A model generated the notes under the pieces. The model was not told the DNA's origin. It saw only the letters and a program-made list of their open reading frames with translations, and ran no database searches. Shown in pieces: positions 52,182-63,560 of a DNA stretch of 64,000 nucleotides. Origin of the DNA: an uncultured bacterium. Its GTDB lineage: Bacteria > Patescibacteriota > Gracilibacteria > BD1-5 > UBA6164. The position numbers and the translations under genes are program-made. Location: the NCBI GenBank assembly GCA_963922865.1, contig CAWUJK010000003.1:1947-65946 (forward strand), given 5' to 3'. The number at the start of each line of letters is the position of its first letter. The first letter of the stretch is position 1.

Positions 52182-53291
52182 CTATAATATTACAAATGAA
52201 ATATTATTTTTCTTGTATTCTTTTTTATATTCTTCTAAATATGAAAAAGCTATATATTTTTGTTTTTCTAATTTTAGAAAACATCTAGTTATAAAATTTG
52301 TTTTGTAATCAAAATTTAAATCTAAATTACTTTTATTTTTTAATAAAAAACTATATTTATGGTTTGTAAAAAACTTAATTAATATATTTTTATTTAATTT
52401 TTGTAAAAGGAATAATTTAATTATATTAAATATAATCTTTTTAAATAAGTATCTTTTGTAATTTTTATAAAATAAAATTAAATTAATATTTTGAGTTTTT
52501 ATATTTCTAAATGAAAAATATGGAATTAGTTTACTTTTAAAATATAAATTTCAATCCAAGTATATCAAGTTAAAAATATTTTTCAGTACCTTATATGAAA
52601 AATAATCTTGCTTATCTCACAATTCATCAAAATCTAACTTTTTGTAAACTCAATTAAATTTAATTATTTCAGAAAAATCATAAATAGTATTATTTCATGT
52701 TGTTATATTTCTTGTTTGTAAGATAATGATTTTTCAATTTTGTATACAAAACTCTATATTTTGTGGAAAGTTTAATAATGTTTCCAATTTTTTTCATAAT
52801 AATTCTAATTCTTTTTTTAAACTAAAATTTAAGTTATATTTTTTATTGCCTCTCCCAGAAGTTACATCATCATATTTTTTTCAAATTTCATAGAATCATT
52901 TTTTTAATATATTTTTAGGCGATCGAGAGAAGTACACTCAGTATATTTCTGTTTCTATAAATTCTTGTATTATTACTGATAACAAAATTTTATTTTGTCA
53001 TCAAAACCATTTTGTGTTATCATTATCTGTTAATATTTTTTTTATTTCTTGTATGTCATGTGGTATTATACTATTGAAAAATCAAGCATAACTAATGTTA
53101 GTTCAATCTTCTAATTTAAAACTTGGTCTTAAAATATATTTTTTGTTTCTTTTTAATAGATTAAAGTCAAAATTTTTTGTTTCTTGTATGTTTATTATAA
53201 ACGTTTTTGGAATTAAAAAATCATTTTTGTATAGTTTAATAATATTACTTGCTTTATTTCAAACATCTTTTTTATTTCAAAATACTTTCAT
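52182..53291 (-). CDS. PEP/pyruvate-binding (PPDK_N-type ATP-grasp) domain protein (369 aa)
   Basis: The whole frame was scanned. The motifs are GNKASNIIKLYKNDFLIPKTFII, VIIQEFIETEIYGVYFSRSP and ILQTRNIT. Confidence 0.55.
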
Positions 53292-53355
53292 TTTTTGTTT
53301 ATATTAATATAATTTAGCTTATTATATAATAAAAAATAAATTTTAAAATAATTTT

Positions 53356-54300
53356 ATGGCAAATATATGATACATACAAGTAAACAGGCATTGCAATAAT
53401 TGATGCCATTTTTGTAGTAACCCAAGTAATGGAAATAATATTAGCTATAATCGATGAATAGAGCTTATAGATGATTTTATAGAAAAAAAATACAATTGAA
53501 TAATATTTACATGATGAGAACCAACATTATCACCAGACCTAGCAAAATGGATAGAGTATGCCAACCAAAAAGGCATACACTCTAGAATGATATCAAATGG
53601 AATGATGTGTGCAAACCCAGATTTTATACAAAAATTAGCAGATTCTTGACTAGAATTAATACACTTTTCAGTTTACTCTTGTTATGAAAAAGTACATGAT
53701 TTTTTAACAGATACCCCATGAAGTTGGAAAAAACTTATGATGAGTATAACAAACGCACTAAACTCTTGAATAAGAGTACAAATAAATACAGTTATAAATC
53801 ATTATAATGAAACACACCTTGATAAAACTATTAAATTTCTATCAAAAACATTCCCTCCAATAAAACATTTTGTTTGGAATAACTTAGATCCAGAAATGAT
53901 GAGAAAAACAGATATAGCACGGTCTACTTTACCAAATTTTGATAATTTTAAACCATCTTTGAATAGAGCTATGGATTATCTTGATTCACTGTGAAAAACA
54001 TATAGAGCAGAAAAAATGCCACTTTGTTATATAAGATGACATGAATGGTGTTCTACAGAAACAAGAAAAATAGTAAAAGATGAGGAAAGAATAGTACATT
54101 TTCTAGATTTCAGAGAAACTATTCATGAAGTAGAGTGGTGACATGAAAAATTACCTGAATGTAGTGAATGTGATCTGAACAGTATATGTTCTTGAGTTTA
54201 TGAATATGAAAGATATTATAATTTTGTAAAAGTATACCCACAAAAGCTAGAAAAAAAGGAAAAACAAGAAATTATTGATAAAATAAAATGAACTTTTTAG
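53356..54300 (+). CDS. radical SAM protein (314 aa)
   Basis: The motifs are CNNGCHFC, TGGEP and the tail ECSECDLNSIC. Confidence 0.8.
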
Positions 54301-54329
54301 CTTTTATAAATTAATAAAAGCTTTTTATT
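54299..54329 (+). terminator. terminator hairpin after the last radical SAM gene
   Basis: The 9-bp stem agcttttat/ataaaagct is followed by a T-run. It overlaps the 3' end of the convergent gene. Confidence 0.5.
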
Positions 54330-55642
54330 AAATTTACAATCATACTTATAATAATTTTGAATATTTTATCTTCTAGAAAAAAAGTAATCATAAATCATAA
54401 TATTATATATGGAGAAAATGAAAAAGTATTTAATATTTTTATTTTAGTTGTATTACTATATCATTTTGTTTTTCTATTTTTATGATATAAATTAACTATA
54501 TCATAACACTTCTTTATGATTTCTAATTCTTCTTTATCTATTGTTCTACTAATATTATTAAAAAATTTTTTTGGACTGGGAAATAAAATAGCATCTTTTT
54601 TATGTTTTATGCTTTCTGTTTCATAATGTCATAATATATATTGAGTACCAAAAGCATTAACTAAAAACTCTTTATCAACAATATCACCCTCTTTTAAATC
54701 CTTAATATTTATATAATTTGTTTCAGCAATACCAAAAGTGATTTTATAACTATAAAAAAGAATTTTAAAGATTATGTAAATAGCAATATACAAAGTGAAT
54801 ACCCTGATTAAAAGACTAGTAATTTCCTCTTTATTACTAAAAAATTCTCATAAAATAAACCCATTAAGCCCAACAAATAATATCAAAATAAATATAGTTT
54901 CAATATTGTTTTGCTTTGTTTTAAAAATTTTAGATATTGTACTTTTTACTCTATTAATTATTATTACAATGAGATAATAAGCAATTAAGAAAATAATAAT
55001 GCTAGCAACTATTAAATAAACTCAATAATTTTCTACAATATTTTTTAATAAACTGAAATTTTCAGCATTTTCAAATACTCAATTTAATAAATAAATCCTA
55101 CTCAACCTAATACTCACAAAAATTATCAAAAAAACAACTATCCATTTTAAAATAACAATTAAATTATTACCCCCTTTGTTATTTTTGTACACTTTCCATT
55201 TTTCCCTCAAATCATTAACAACATTTTTCCATAAATCCCTAGCAAAGCTTCTTTGAAAAAGACACTTACCAAAATAAAACCACAAGAAATACCCAATCAA
55301 ATAGGCAATAGTGACAAGAGCAATATTTCAAATAAAAGCAACAACCCCGATATAGGGAATAAATAAACTCAAAACAAGCAGATATTTAGCGTCTCATGCA
55401 GCCCATATACCAAAATAATATAAAATAAAACTAACAAAAAGAGTGATAAAAATTTGTAGAACAAACATTATATAGTTTATTTCTGGAAAACTAAAAAATA
55501 TATAAACATAATAAACAGGAACAATCATTAACAAGTAAACTAAAAGCTTATTTGGAATAATTTTGAATTTCAAATCAGAAATAATAATTTTATAGTTTAT
55601 ATATAAGAAAGCAATAGCCATTAAGTATAAAATATATTGCAT
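54311..55642 (-). CDS. A24 (prepilin-peptidase-like) aspartic membrane peptidase with a long C-terminal extension (443 aa)
   Basis: It joins track ORFs 55394 and 55079 in one frame. ISDLKFKIIPN and GIWAAGDAKYLLVL resemble the two Asp motifs. It has many TM segments. Confidence 0.45.
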
Positions 55643-55698
55643 TTAGTTTTGAAAATTATATAATTATCTTTAGTAAAATTATATCAAAATATATATTT

Positions 55699-56814
55699 AT
55701 GCAAAATTTAAAATACTATGTTTTATGAACAAAAAACTCACCACTTTTGAAGCAATACCTAGATAAGTTTTACAATAAACTTTTAGAAAATCTAAAAACG
55801 ATAAAAAACTCTAAAATTGGTAATAAAACCCTCTCAGAAAACATAGAAAAATTACTTAAAAATAATCAAAACAGAAAATTTATTTTAGACTGAGATAATT
55901 CATCACTCATAAACTCTATAATAATAGACAAAAACATAGACTCTATAAAAAAATTAGAGCAAGAAATAACAATATTTTTAGAAGAATGACCACAAAGCGG
56001 AAAACTCACTCAAAACAAATGAATAAAAATAGCATGAACAAATATAAGACTTACCATAAAAGACAATAATCCATATAGATTTCACCAAGCACACCCTGAA
56101 CATGCAATTAATTGATGAGTATTATGATGGGGAGAAAAAACTCAAAGCAATTGGTTAGAAGTTTATGAAAAAACCTTCAAACTATTAAAAAAAGTTGATG
56201 AATGAATATATGATGAACTAAATGAAATAATAACAAAAATAATACCACTGTGAACAGCAAGATCAATGCACAACTCATCAAGCTATAAAGAGTGCATATG
56301 ACATCTATACCTTTGATACACCATAGATAGCAGCAGTCCAGAAATTAATAATTTAGAAGCAATCATACACGAATCATCACACAATAAATTAAACCTAATC
56401 ATGCAATTTGACCCTGTAGTATTAAACGATAAACAAGAAAAATATTATTCAGCAATAAGACCAGATGCTAGACATATGCACGGTATACTTTTGGGTTATC
56501 ACGCATTCGCTCCAACCATGTATATTATGATGAAAACCTATGTAGATTGAATTTTTTGAAATGACCAATGATGGTTAGAAAAAATAGTACTTTATTATAT
56601 GAAAGTAAAATTTTTGCAAAAAGTCATGAAAAAACATGCTAAATTTACCAAACTATGAAATGAAATAAATGATGAAATGGATTATGTAGTATCCCAAATG
56701 GATATACTTTTTAAAAAATTATCACCCAGTAAGCAAATAATACTTAGAGCAAAACAAAGACAAACACAACATTTTTTGGAAGTTAATCAAAACTACCCAA
56801 AACTAGAATATTAG
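55699..56814 (+). CDS. HExxH-motif peptide-modification family protein (371 aa)
   Basis: It contains IIHESSHNKLNL with a downstream HAFAP. Its size and context resemble the HExxH proteins that accompany rSAM/SPASM maturases. Confidence 0.55.
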
Positions 56815-56838
56815 AATAATTCAATAATAAATAAGAAA

Positions 56839-58023
56839 ATGTCACAAAATATAATATGTCCTAACTGTTCAACACAAATAAACCTAGACTTAATAGCAGA
56901 AGAAAAATACAAAAACATGCTAGAAATAAAAGAAAAAGAACTAAAACAAGAAATGAACGAGCAAGCCATTAAATGGGCAGAAGAAAAAGCAGAAAAACTA
57001 TTAAAACAAAAACAAGAAAAAGACTCTATAGAAATGCAAGATCTAAAAAATAGACTTGTAGAACAAGAAAAACAAGCAGAAATATTACAAAAACAAGAAT
57101 TAGAAATAAGAAAACAAAATAGACAACTTGAACAAAAAAACAAAAACAATGAACTAGAAATGATAAGAAAATTAGATGAACAAAAAAAGAAAATAGAAGA
57201 AAAAATTAACTTAGAACTCAATCAAAAACAGGCTAAAGAATTAGATAATAAGATGAAAGAAATACAGCAAGACTTTAGAAAAAAAGAACTTGAATACATG
57301 AAACAAAACGATCAAATGAAAAGAGCCCTTGATGATGCTAAAAGAAAAGCAGAACAATCAAGTCAGCAAATACAATGAGATATAAGTGAAGATGATTTAA
57401 AAAATACCCTAATTCAAGCTTTTCCAGTAGATGATATACAAGACATAGCAACATGAATAAAATGAGCAGACCTAATACAAACAGTAAAAAATAATCTATG
57501 AATAAACTCATGAATAATAGTTTGGGAATCAAAAAACACAAAATCCTGGACAGACTCTTGGATAATGAAGTTGAAAGAAGATAAGCTAAAAGTAAATTGA
57601 AACATAGCAGTATTAGTTACTAAAACCCTACCAAAAAATATAGAAAAATTTTGATTATTAGATGATATAATGGTCTGTCTACCAGAATTTGCTGTCTGAG
57701 TTTCAGCAATACTTAGAGATAAATTAATTTCTATATCAAAATTAGAAAAATCCATGCAATGAAAAGATATAAAAATGGAAATGTTATATAAATACCTATC
57801 CTCACAAGAATTTTCATCTAAAATATCTATGATGGTAGATGTGTTTGCAAATTTAAAAACTTGAATAGAAACAGAAAGAAGAGCAATGGAAAAAAATTGG
57901 AAAAAAAGAGAAAAAGACCTTCAAAGCGCCAGCTTAGCAGTAACACATATGTATTGAGAACTTGAATCCTTGATGTGACAATCACTACCATGATCTGAAA
58001 AACTAGAGCTACCAGAAGGATAG
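56839..58023 (+). CDS. DUF2130 domain protein (394 aa)
   Basis: The N-terminus has CPNC, followed by a long coiled coil. The C-terminus reads GADLIQTV...GIIVWESKNTKSWTDSWIMKLKEDK. Confidence 0.7.
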
Positions 58024-58139
58024 AAATTATAAGCCCAAAATAAACACTAAGCAGCAAATATATTTAATTAACTAAAAATTTGATTTGACAAACTTATTTA
58101 ATAAAATGTAGTTATTAATTAACCAAAAATACCATAATC

Positions 58140-58544
58140 ATGAAAAAAATACTTATAATACTTTGTATTTTTATATCTATAAGTTCTTGTACATACAAAG
58201 AAAACAAAGAAGATAAAAAAGAAGATAAAAAAATACAAAACATAAAAAAACAAGAAAAATTTTGAATACTAACCAAATATATAAAACTAGATATAACCGA
58301 TGAAGAAAGCTCAAAACTACAAAAAATAATAAAACAAAGAAATAAAACACTTATAGAAATAAAAGATATGATGGAAACAAGTACAAAAGAAAATAAAGAT
58401 GAAACATACAAAAAAATATCATCAAAAAGAAACGAAATATTTTCTAAAATATTAGTATATGTAGCCGAAGAAAAAAAACAAAGCTTTGAGAGATACTATG
58501 AAAAAATAAACACAATGATAAAAAATAAATTATATAATAAATAA
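58140..58544 (+). CDS. lipoprotein (134 aa)
   Basis: The N-terminus is MKKILIILCIFISISSC. Confidence 0.6.
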
Positions 58545-58548
58545 AAAA

Positions 58549-60135
58549 ATGGATTACTCTAAAGAGTCTATTGATAGACAAGAAAAAATCAGCTTAATGA
58601 AAAAAGCATGAATAATTTGCTATGCCAATAAATTTGAAGAAAAACAAGATATAAAAAAAATAAGAAATTCTTCTGAAAACATGTATAAAGAAGTTGAAGA
58701 ATTAATGGAAAAATGAGCTTCAAATAAATTTAAAACAGCTTGAAGACTTATATCAAGCAGATCAATGTGAAAACTTTTGTTTGCTAAACTACTAGATAAT
58801 ACATCCAGCATTCAAATATGTTTTATGAAAAATAAAATAAATTTTAATACATGAAAAAAAATAGTTGAGAACATTGAAATATGATGAGAAGATAAAAACG
58901 CATTTAAAGTAGCTGAAAAATTTTGCCAAGTATGAGACTATATATGAGTAAAATGAGACTTATTTGTAACAAAACATGGAGAACTAACAATATTTGTTAG
59001 CGAATTTCAAATACTAAGTAAAGCAGTTAGACCACTGCCAGAGAAATTTCATGGCATAAAAGATAGAGAAAGCATATATAGACAAAGATACCTTGATTTG
59101 ATAATGAATGAAAAAAGCTATGAAAGATTTATTTTTAGAAGTGAATATATAAAACACACAAGAAATTTTTACTTACAAAAAGACTTTATAGAAATAGAAA
59201 CACCTATTTTATGAAACGCAGCAAGCTGAGCTGCTGCTCAACCCTTTATAACCCATCACAACGATTTTGATGAAGATTTTTTCTTGAGAATAGCACCTGA
59301 AACCGCTCTTAAAAAAGCTACAGTTTGAAGATTTGAAAGAGTATTTGAAATATGAAAAAATTTTAGAAACGAATGATCAGACCCTTCTCATATGCAAGAA
59401 TTTTCAGTTGTTGAACACTATGCTGCTTGGTGGAATTTTGAGGATAATATGAAATTTATAGAAGAAATGTTTGATTATATTTTTGATAAAATGAAATTAG
59501 ATAAAAAAGTAAAAATCAAAGACAAAGAAGGTATAGAAAAAGAAGTAGATTTCACAACACCATGGATTAGAGTTGATTATATAGATTGAGTGAAAGAAAA
59601 ATCTGGTATTGATGTTTCAAAATATTGATCAAATGATGAAGCCAAATTAAGAAAAGATATAAAAGAAGCATGATTTACTTGGGAATGAATTGATAATCAA
59701 GGAACAACAACAATGATAGATTATCTTTATAAAAAAGTTTTAAGACCTAGTATTGTATGACCTGCTTTTGTTTACAACTATCCAAATACTATGCAACCTC
59801 TAGCAAGAGAATCTGATGAAAATGAAAACATAGTAGAACAATTTCAAGTTGTTTTAAACGGTTGGGAAATAATAAAAGCTTACTCAGAACTTGTAGATCC
59901 AAAGCTACAGAAAGAAAAATTTGATGAACAATCTTGAGCTATAGAAGCTTGAGATGAAGAGGCAACATCTGGAGATGATGATTTTGTTTTAGCTATGGAG
60001 TATGCTATGCCTCCTCAGTCAGGGTTGGGTATCTGATTTGATAGAATAATATCACTTCTAACATGACAAGAAAACCTGAGAGATGTTGTTTTATTTCCTT
60101 TGATGAAAGAAGATAGCAACGAGAAAAATGATTAA
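58549..60135 (+). CDS. lysS: lysyl-tRNA synthetase, class II (528 aa)
   Basis: The motifs are [35 protein letters not shown] and GLGIGFDRI. Confidence 0.95.
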
Positions 60136-60328
60136 AGTTAAAATAAATTATAATAGAGTGTTAAAAATATTTTTATAATGGAGTACTCAAAAAAGTGTGT
60201 AAATATAAATTTTGTATATTAATTAATAGTAATTTTAAGAATTATTTTTATTATTATACTATATAATTTCTAATAAAATTCTATTTACACACTTTTTTGT
60301 ACACTATTTATTTTTTAAATATCCCTAA

Positions 60329-60442
60329 ATTCTCTAAATATATTAAATTTTTTTCTTTTTGAAAACGATTTTGGATATTTTTATATGATTTTCAAGTTTT
60401 ATTGCCGCTCAAAAACAAAAAAATTTAATATATTTAGAGAAT
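60329..60442. repeat. ~114-nt hairpin element (26-bp arms), inverted relative to the 63131 copy
   Basis: The arms are attctctaaatatattaaattttttt / aaaaaaatttaatatatttagagaat. The reverse complement of the core aligns with 63153-63216 (tttttgagcggc...atccaaaa.cg.tttcaaaaa). Confidence 0.75.
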
Positions 60443-60490
60443 GAGAGTTTTTTGAGTTTGTATTTTGATATTTTTGTGTTATAATCTAAT

Positions 60491-60535
60491 AAAAAAAGTA
60501 TTGAACATAGCATGCTATGTTCAATACTTTTTTTT
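60491..60535. terminator. bidirectional terminator (32-nt perfect palindrome flanked by A- and T-runs)
   Basis: The palindrome is agtattgaacatagcatgctatgttcaatact. Confidence 0.8.
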
Positions 60536-60547
60536 AGTATCGCTTAT

Positions 60548-61393
60548 TTATTCTAGATAACTATTTATAAAATTTACTATTTTATCAGAAATTATATGTG
60601 TACTTCATCTTTTTTGATTGAAAAATTCTTCCATATCTTCATGAACTATAACTGGAGTTGTCTCTATTAATCAAGGCTTCCAAGGCTCATCCACATATAT
60701 ATCATTTATAGAGTAAGGCTCTCCTCATCTTATATATCTTGAGAATCTAGATATAAATCCATCAGGGGATGTGTATAGCTTACTACCTTGTTTAAATTCT
60801 TCTTTTATCTTCTTTATAGCCTTAAAAATTATTTCTAATTGTTTTGAAGAATAGCTGCCTGGTATAGATATTTTTTTTCATTTTTCATTTATCATGAATA
60901 TAGCATCTCACTCTTTTTTTATATCTATATTATTTTTTTCTCATAAAGTAATTACTTTTTTTATATATCTATCTCTATCTTCTATATTATCCTTAGCTTT
61001 TTCTGTTTCAATTTCTTTATATATATCTATATTTTTAATATCTATATCAAGTAATTTTTTTATTTCATTTGATTCATCTTTTATGGAGTAATCATTTTTA
61101 ATTTCTTCTAAAACCCTTTTAAACAATTCATTTATGCGACCATTTTGTTCCCAACTTAATTTTTCATTTAAAAATCTTTTATAATATTTATTCAAATTTT
61201 TAAGCTCTTCTAGTTGTGATTTTAATAAATTTTTCTTATCACAATCTTTTTCATTATTTATTTTGTATATTAATTCATTTTGAGCCATTTTCATTAATGA
61301 TAAAGATCATTTACTGTTATTTTTTTCTAAATCAAGATTTTCAGCTAAATGATTTAAATCTTTATAGCATGATTTGTTAGCTATTTCTCACAT
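60548..61393 (-). CDS. hypothetical protein, paralog A (281 aa)
   Basis: I checked the upstream extension of track ORF 60941..61294 codon by codon. The N-terminus is MGEIANKSCYKDLNHLAENLDLEKNNSKGSLS. Confidence 0.65.
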
Positions 61394-61493
61394 AATACTT
61401 TTTAAAGGGTATAAAAATCCTACTTTTTAAATCCTTTTACCAATTATAACATAAAAATTAGTATTATACAAAAAATTTAACAAAATATAGTTT

Positions 61494-62327
61494 TTATTTT
61501 AGAAATTCATTTATCAAATTTATGATTTCTTGAGTTTTATCATGAGTATCAATTTTTCTTCATTTTAGAAAAATATCTCTTATTTGTTTATTTGTTAATA
61601 CAGTTTCTTCATCCCAAGAAGGCCGCCAATCATCTTCTATTCAAATATTATTATATCTTTTGTGATGAGTTTCTATATCAATGAAAGATTTAGGAAATTC
61701 TAAATATGAATATATAAATTTATTATCATAAGTATATAGCTTCCCATTTGGATACTGCTTTTTTATTTTATGTATTATTTTTAAAATAGTCTCTATTTGT
61801 TTTTTGTTATAATAACTTATATAAAACCCAATACCTTTATCATTTATCATATATCTTCCTGTGGAATCATACTCTATTTTTATCCCATACTTTTCGCCCA
61901 ATCTTATAAATTCAAGTTCATAATTTATTTTTTCTTTTTCGATATTTTTTTTAATATTAGCAATTATATCCTTTTTCATGTTAAGAGTATCTTTTATCTC
62001 TTCCAATTCATAATCTATACTATGACCTTTTTCTATTTGTTTTAATATTTTTTCAAATAAATAAACTAATCTTGTGTTTTGGTGTTTATTTAATTTTCTA
62101 TTTAAAAAATCTCTATAAGGAGAATCTAGTTTTGATAAAACATCTAGTTGATTTTGTAAAATATTTCTTTTATCACAATTATTTCCATCTTTTATTTTTT
62201 TTATTAAAAGATTTTTGGAACGCTGTAATATTGACAGAGATCAATTACTATTTTTTTCCTTTAAATCAAGATTTTCAGCAGAAGCCAAAATATCTGAGTT
62301 ACATGATATACTTTCTATGTTTCACAT
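61494..62327 (-). CDS. hypothetical protein, paralog B (277 aa)
   Basis: I checked the upstream and downstream extensions of track ORF 61641..62006 codon by codon. The N-terminus MGNIESISCNSDILASAENLDLKEKNSNGSLS is homologous to paralog A. Confidence 0.65.
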
Positions 62328-62510
62328 ATTAATTTAAAAATATTTTTATTAAACTATAACATATTATCATAAAAATTATTTTAATACAAAAAAAGTCTTC
62401 TAAAAAAATAAAAATATATTTGTCAACAAAAAAAATGTTTATTTTCTTGTTTTTTCAGACTAATTTATGTTATAGTTATAATACATTTAGAATTTTATAA
62501 CTAAAAACAA

Positions 62511-63092
62511 ATGGAAAGTTCAAGTTTTTTAAGTACAAGCATCAAGAATTTAGAAAGTAAAATATTAAATGATTTCAATAAATCCCTAGTTAGAATCTCT
62601 TATTTTGATTTATGATATAAAATTTTTAAATTTTTTGGCAGAAATTTAGAACTTTTTTCTTATAAAAAATCCAGGAAAAACTTTATTTTTTACAAAGATA
62701 AAAAATGAGTAAACAATCATATAGCAGTATACAAAGCTTTGGATAAAAATGATTTTAGCTCTTGAACAGTGATTGAAATTCTAATTTGAGAAACAAACAA
62801 AAAAGATATAATTTTTCTCTCAGAAAATAAAATTTACAACATAATAGAAAACAAATGGGGTAAAGTATTAGATTCTAGTATAATAGAAGACCAAGAAAAA
62901 ATACAAAAACTACTTAGTTTTATAGAGCAAGATATAAATTATATTACAAATAAAACTAGAAAATATCAATCTAAACTTAGACAAAAATGAGTTTTAGATA
63001 AACAAATAAAACAAACCCAAATAGATAAATTTAAGATAAATTTTGATGAAAATATACTCAAAAAAAGTTTAGAAAAACCCCTTGTAGTTTAA
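62511..63092 (+). CDS. hypothetical protein (193 aa)
   Basis: ATG 62511 to TAA 63090 under code 25. Confidence 0.55.
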
Positions 63093-63130
63093 ACATATTT
63101 ACACATTTGTAAGACCAATATAAGACCAAT

Positions 63131-63238
63131 CCAAAAAATATATTTAATTTTTGAGTTTTTGAGCGGCTATATTCTTGAATAATATTTAAAACATCCAAAA
63201 CCGCTTTCAAAAATGAAAAAATTAAATATATTTTTTGG
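63131..63238. repeat. ~108-nt hairpin element (22-bp arms), homologous to 60329-60442 in the opposite orientation
   Basis: The arms are ccaaaaaatatatttaattttt / aaaaattaaatatattttttgg. Confidence 0.75.
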
Positions 63239-63497
63239 GTTTTGGGGGTTTCTAATTTTTTGTTAAATAAAAAATTGAGTACATATTTTTAAATAAACCT
63301 CTTTCAAAAAAAGAAAAAAATTAAATATATTTTTTGGATTTTGAGTTTTTCTAATTTTTTGTTAACCAAAGAATTTAATTACATATTTTTAGACAAACCG
63401 CTTTCAAAAAAGAGAAAATTAAATATATTTTTTGGATTTTGAGGTTGTTTAATTTCCTATTAAACAAAAGAAGATAAGTATATATTTTTAAATAAAA
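63201..63497. repeat. three tandem ~97-100-bp repeats
   Basis: The units start at 63201, 63298 and 63398. Each begins cc(g/t)ctttcaaaaa...attaaatatattttttgg...ttaa...atatttttaaataaa. The landmark attaaatatattttttgg recurs at 63221, 63320 and 63418. Confidence 0.8.
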
Positions 63498-63516
63498 TTG
63501 GAAAAAAAGAAAAAAA

Positions 63517-63539
63517 AAGTAATATCATATTACTTTTTT
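63517..63539 (+). terminator. small hairpin plus T-run after the tandem repeats
   Basis: The stem is aagtaatat / atattactt, followed by ttttt. Confidence 0.45.
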
Positions 63540-63560
63540 AAAAACCATATTTTAATAAAC

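Noticed and set aside
52960-53020. Apparent frameshift or stop in the PPDK_N-like gene (...KIKFCYQ stop).
   Set aside because: This was another miscount. A codon-by-codon scan of the frame from 53291 to 52182 shows no TAA or TAG, and the sequence reads ...NTKWFGGQNKILLSVIIQEF.
63201-63497. Possible CRISPR array, given the regularly spaced recurrence of attaaatatattttttgg about every 98-99 nt.
   Set aside because: The sequences between the recurrences are homologous to each other, so the whole unit repeats. There are no unique spacers, the period is too long, and no cas genes are present. I call it a tandem repeat instead.
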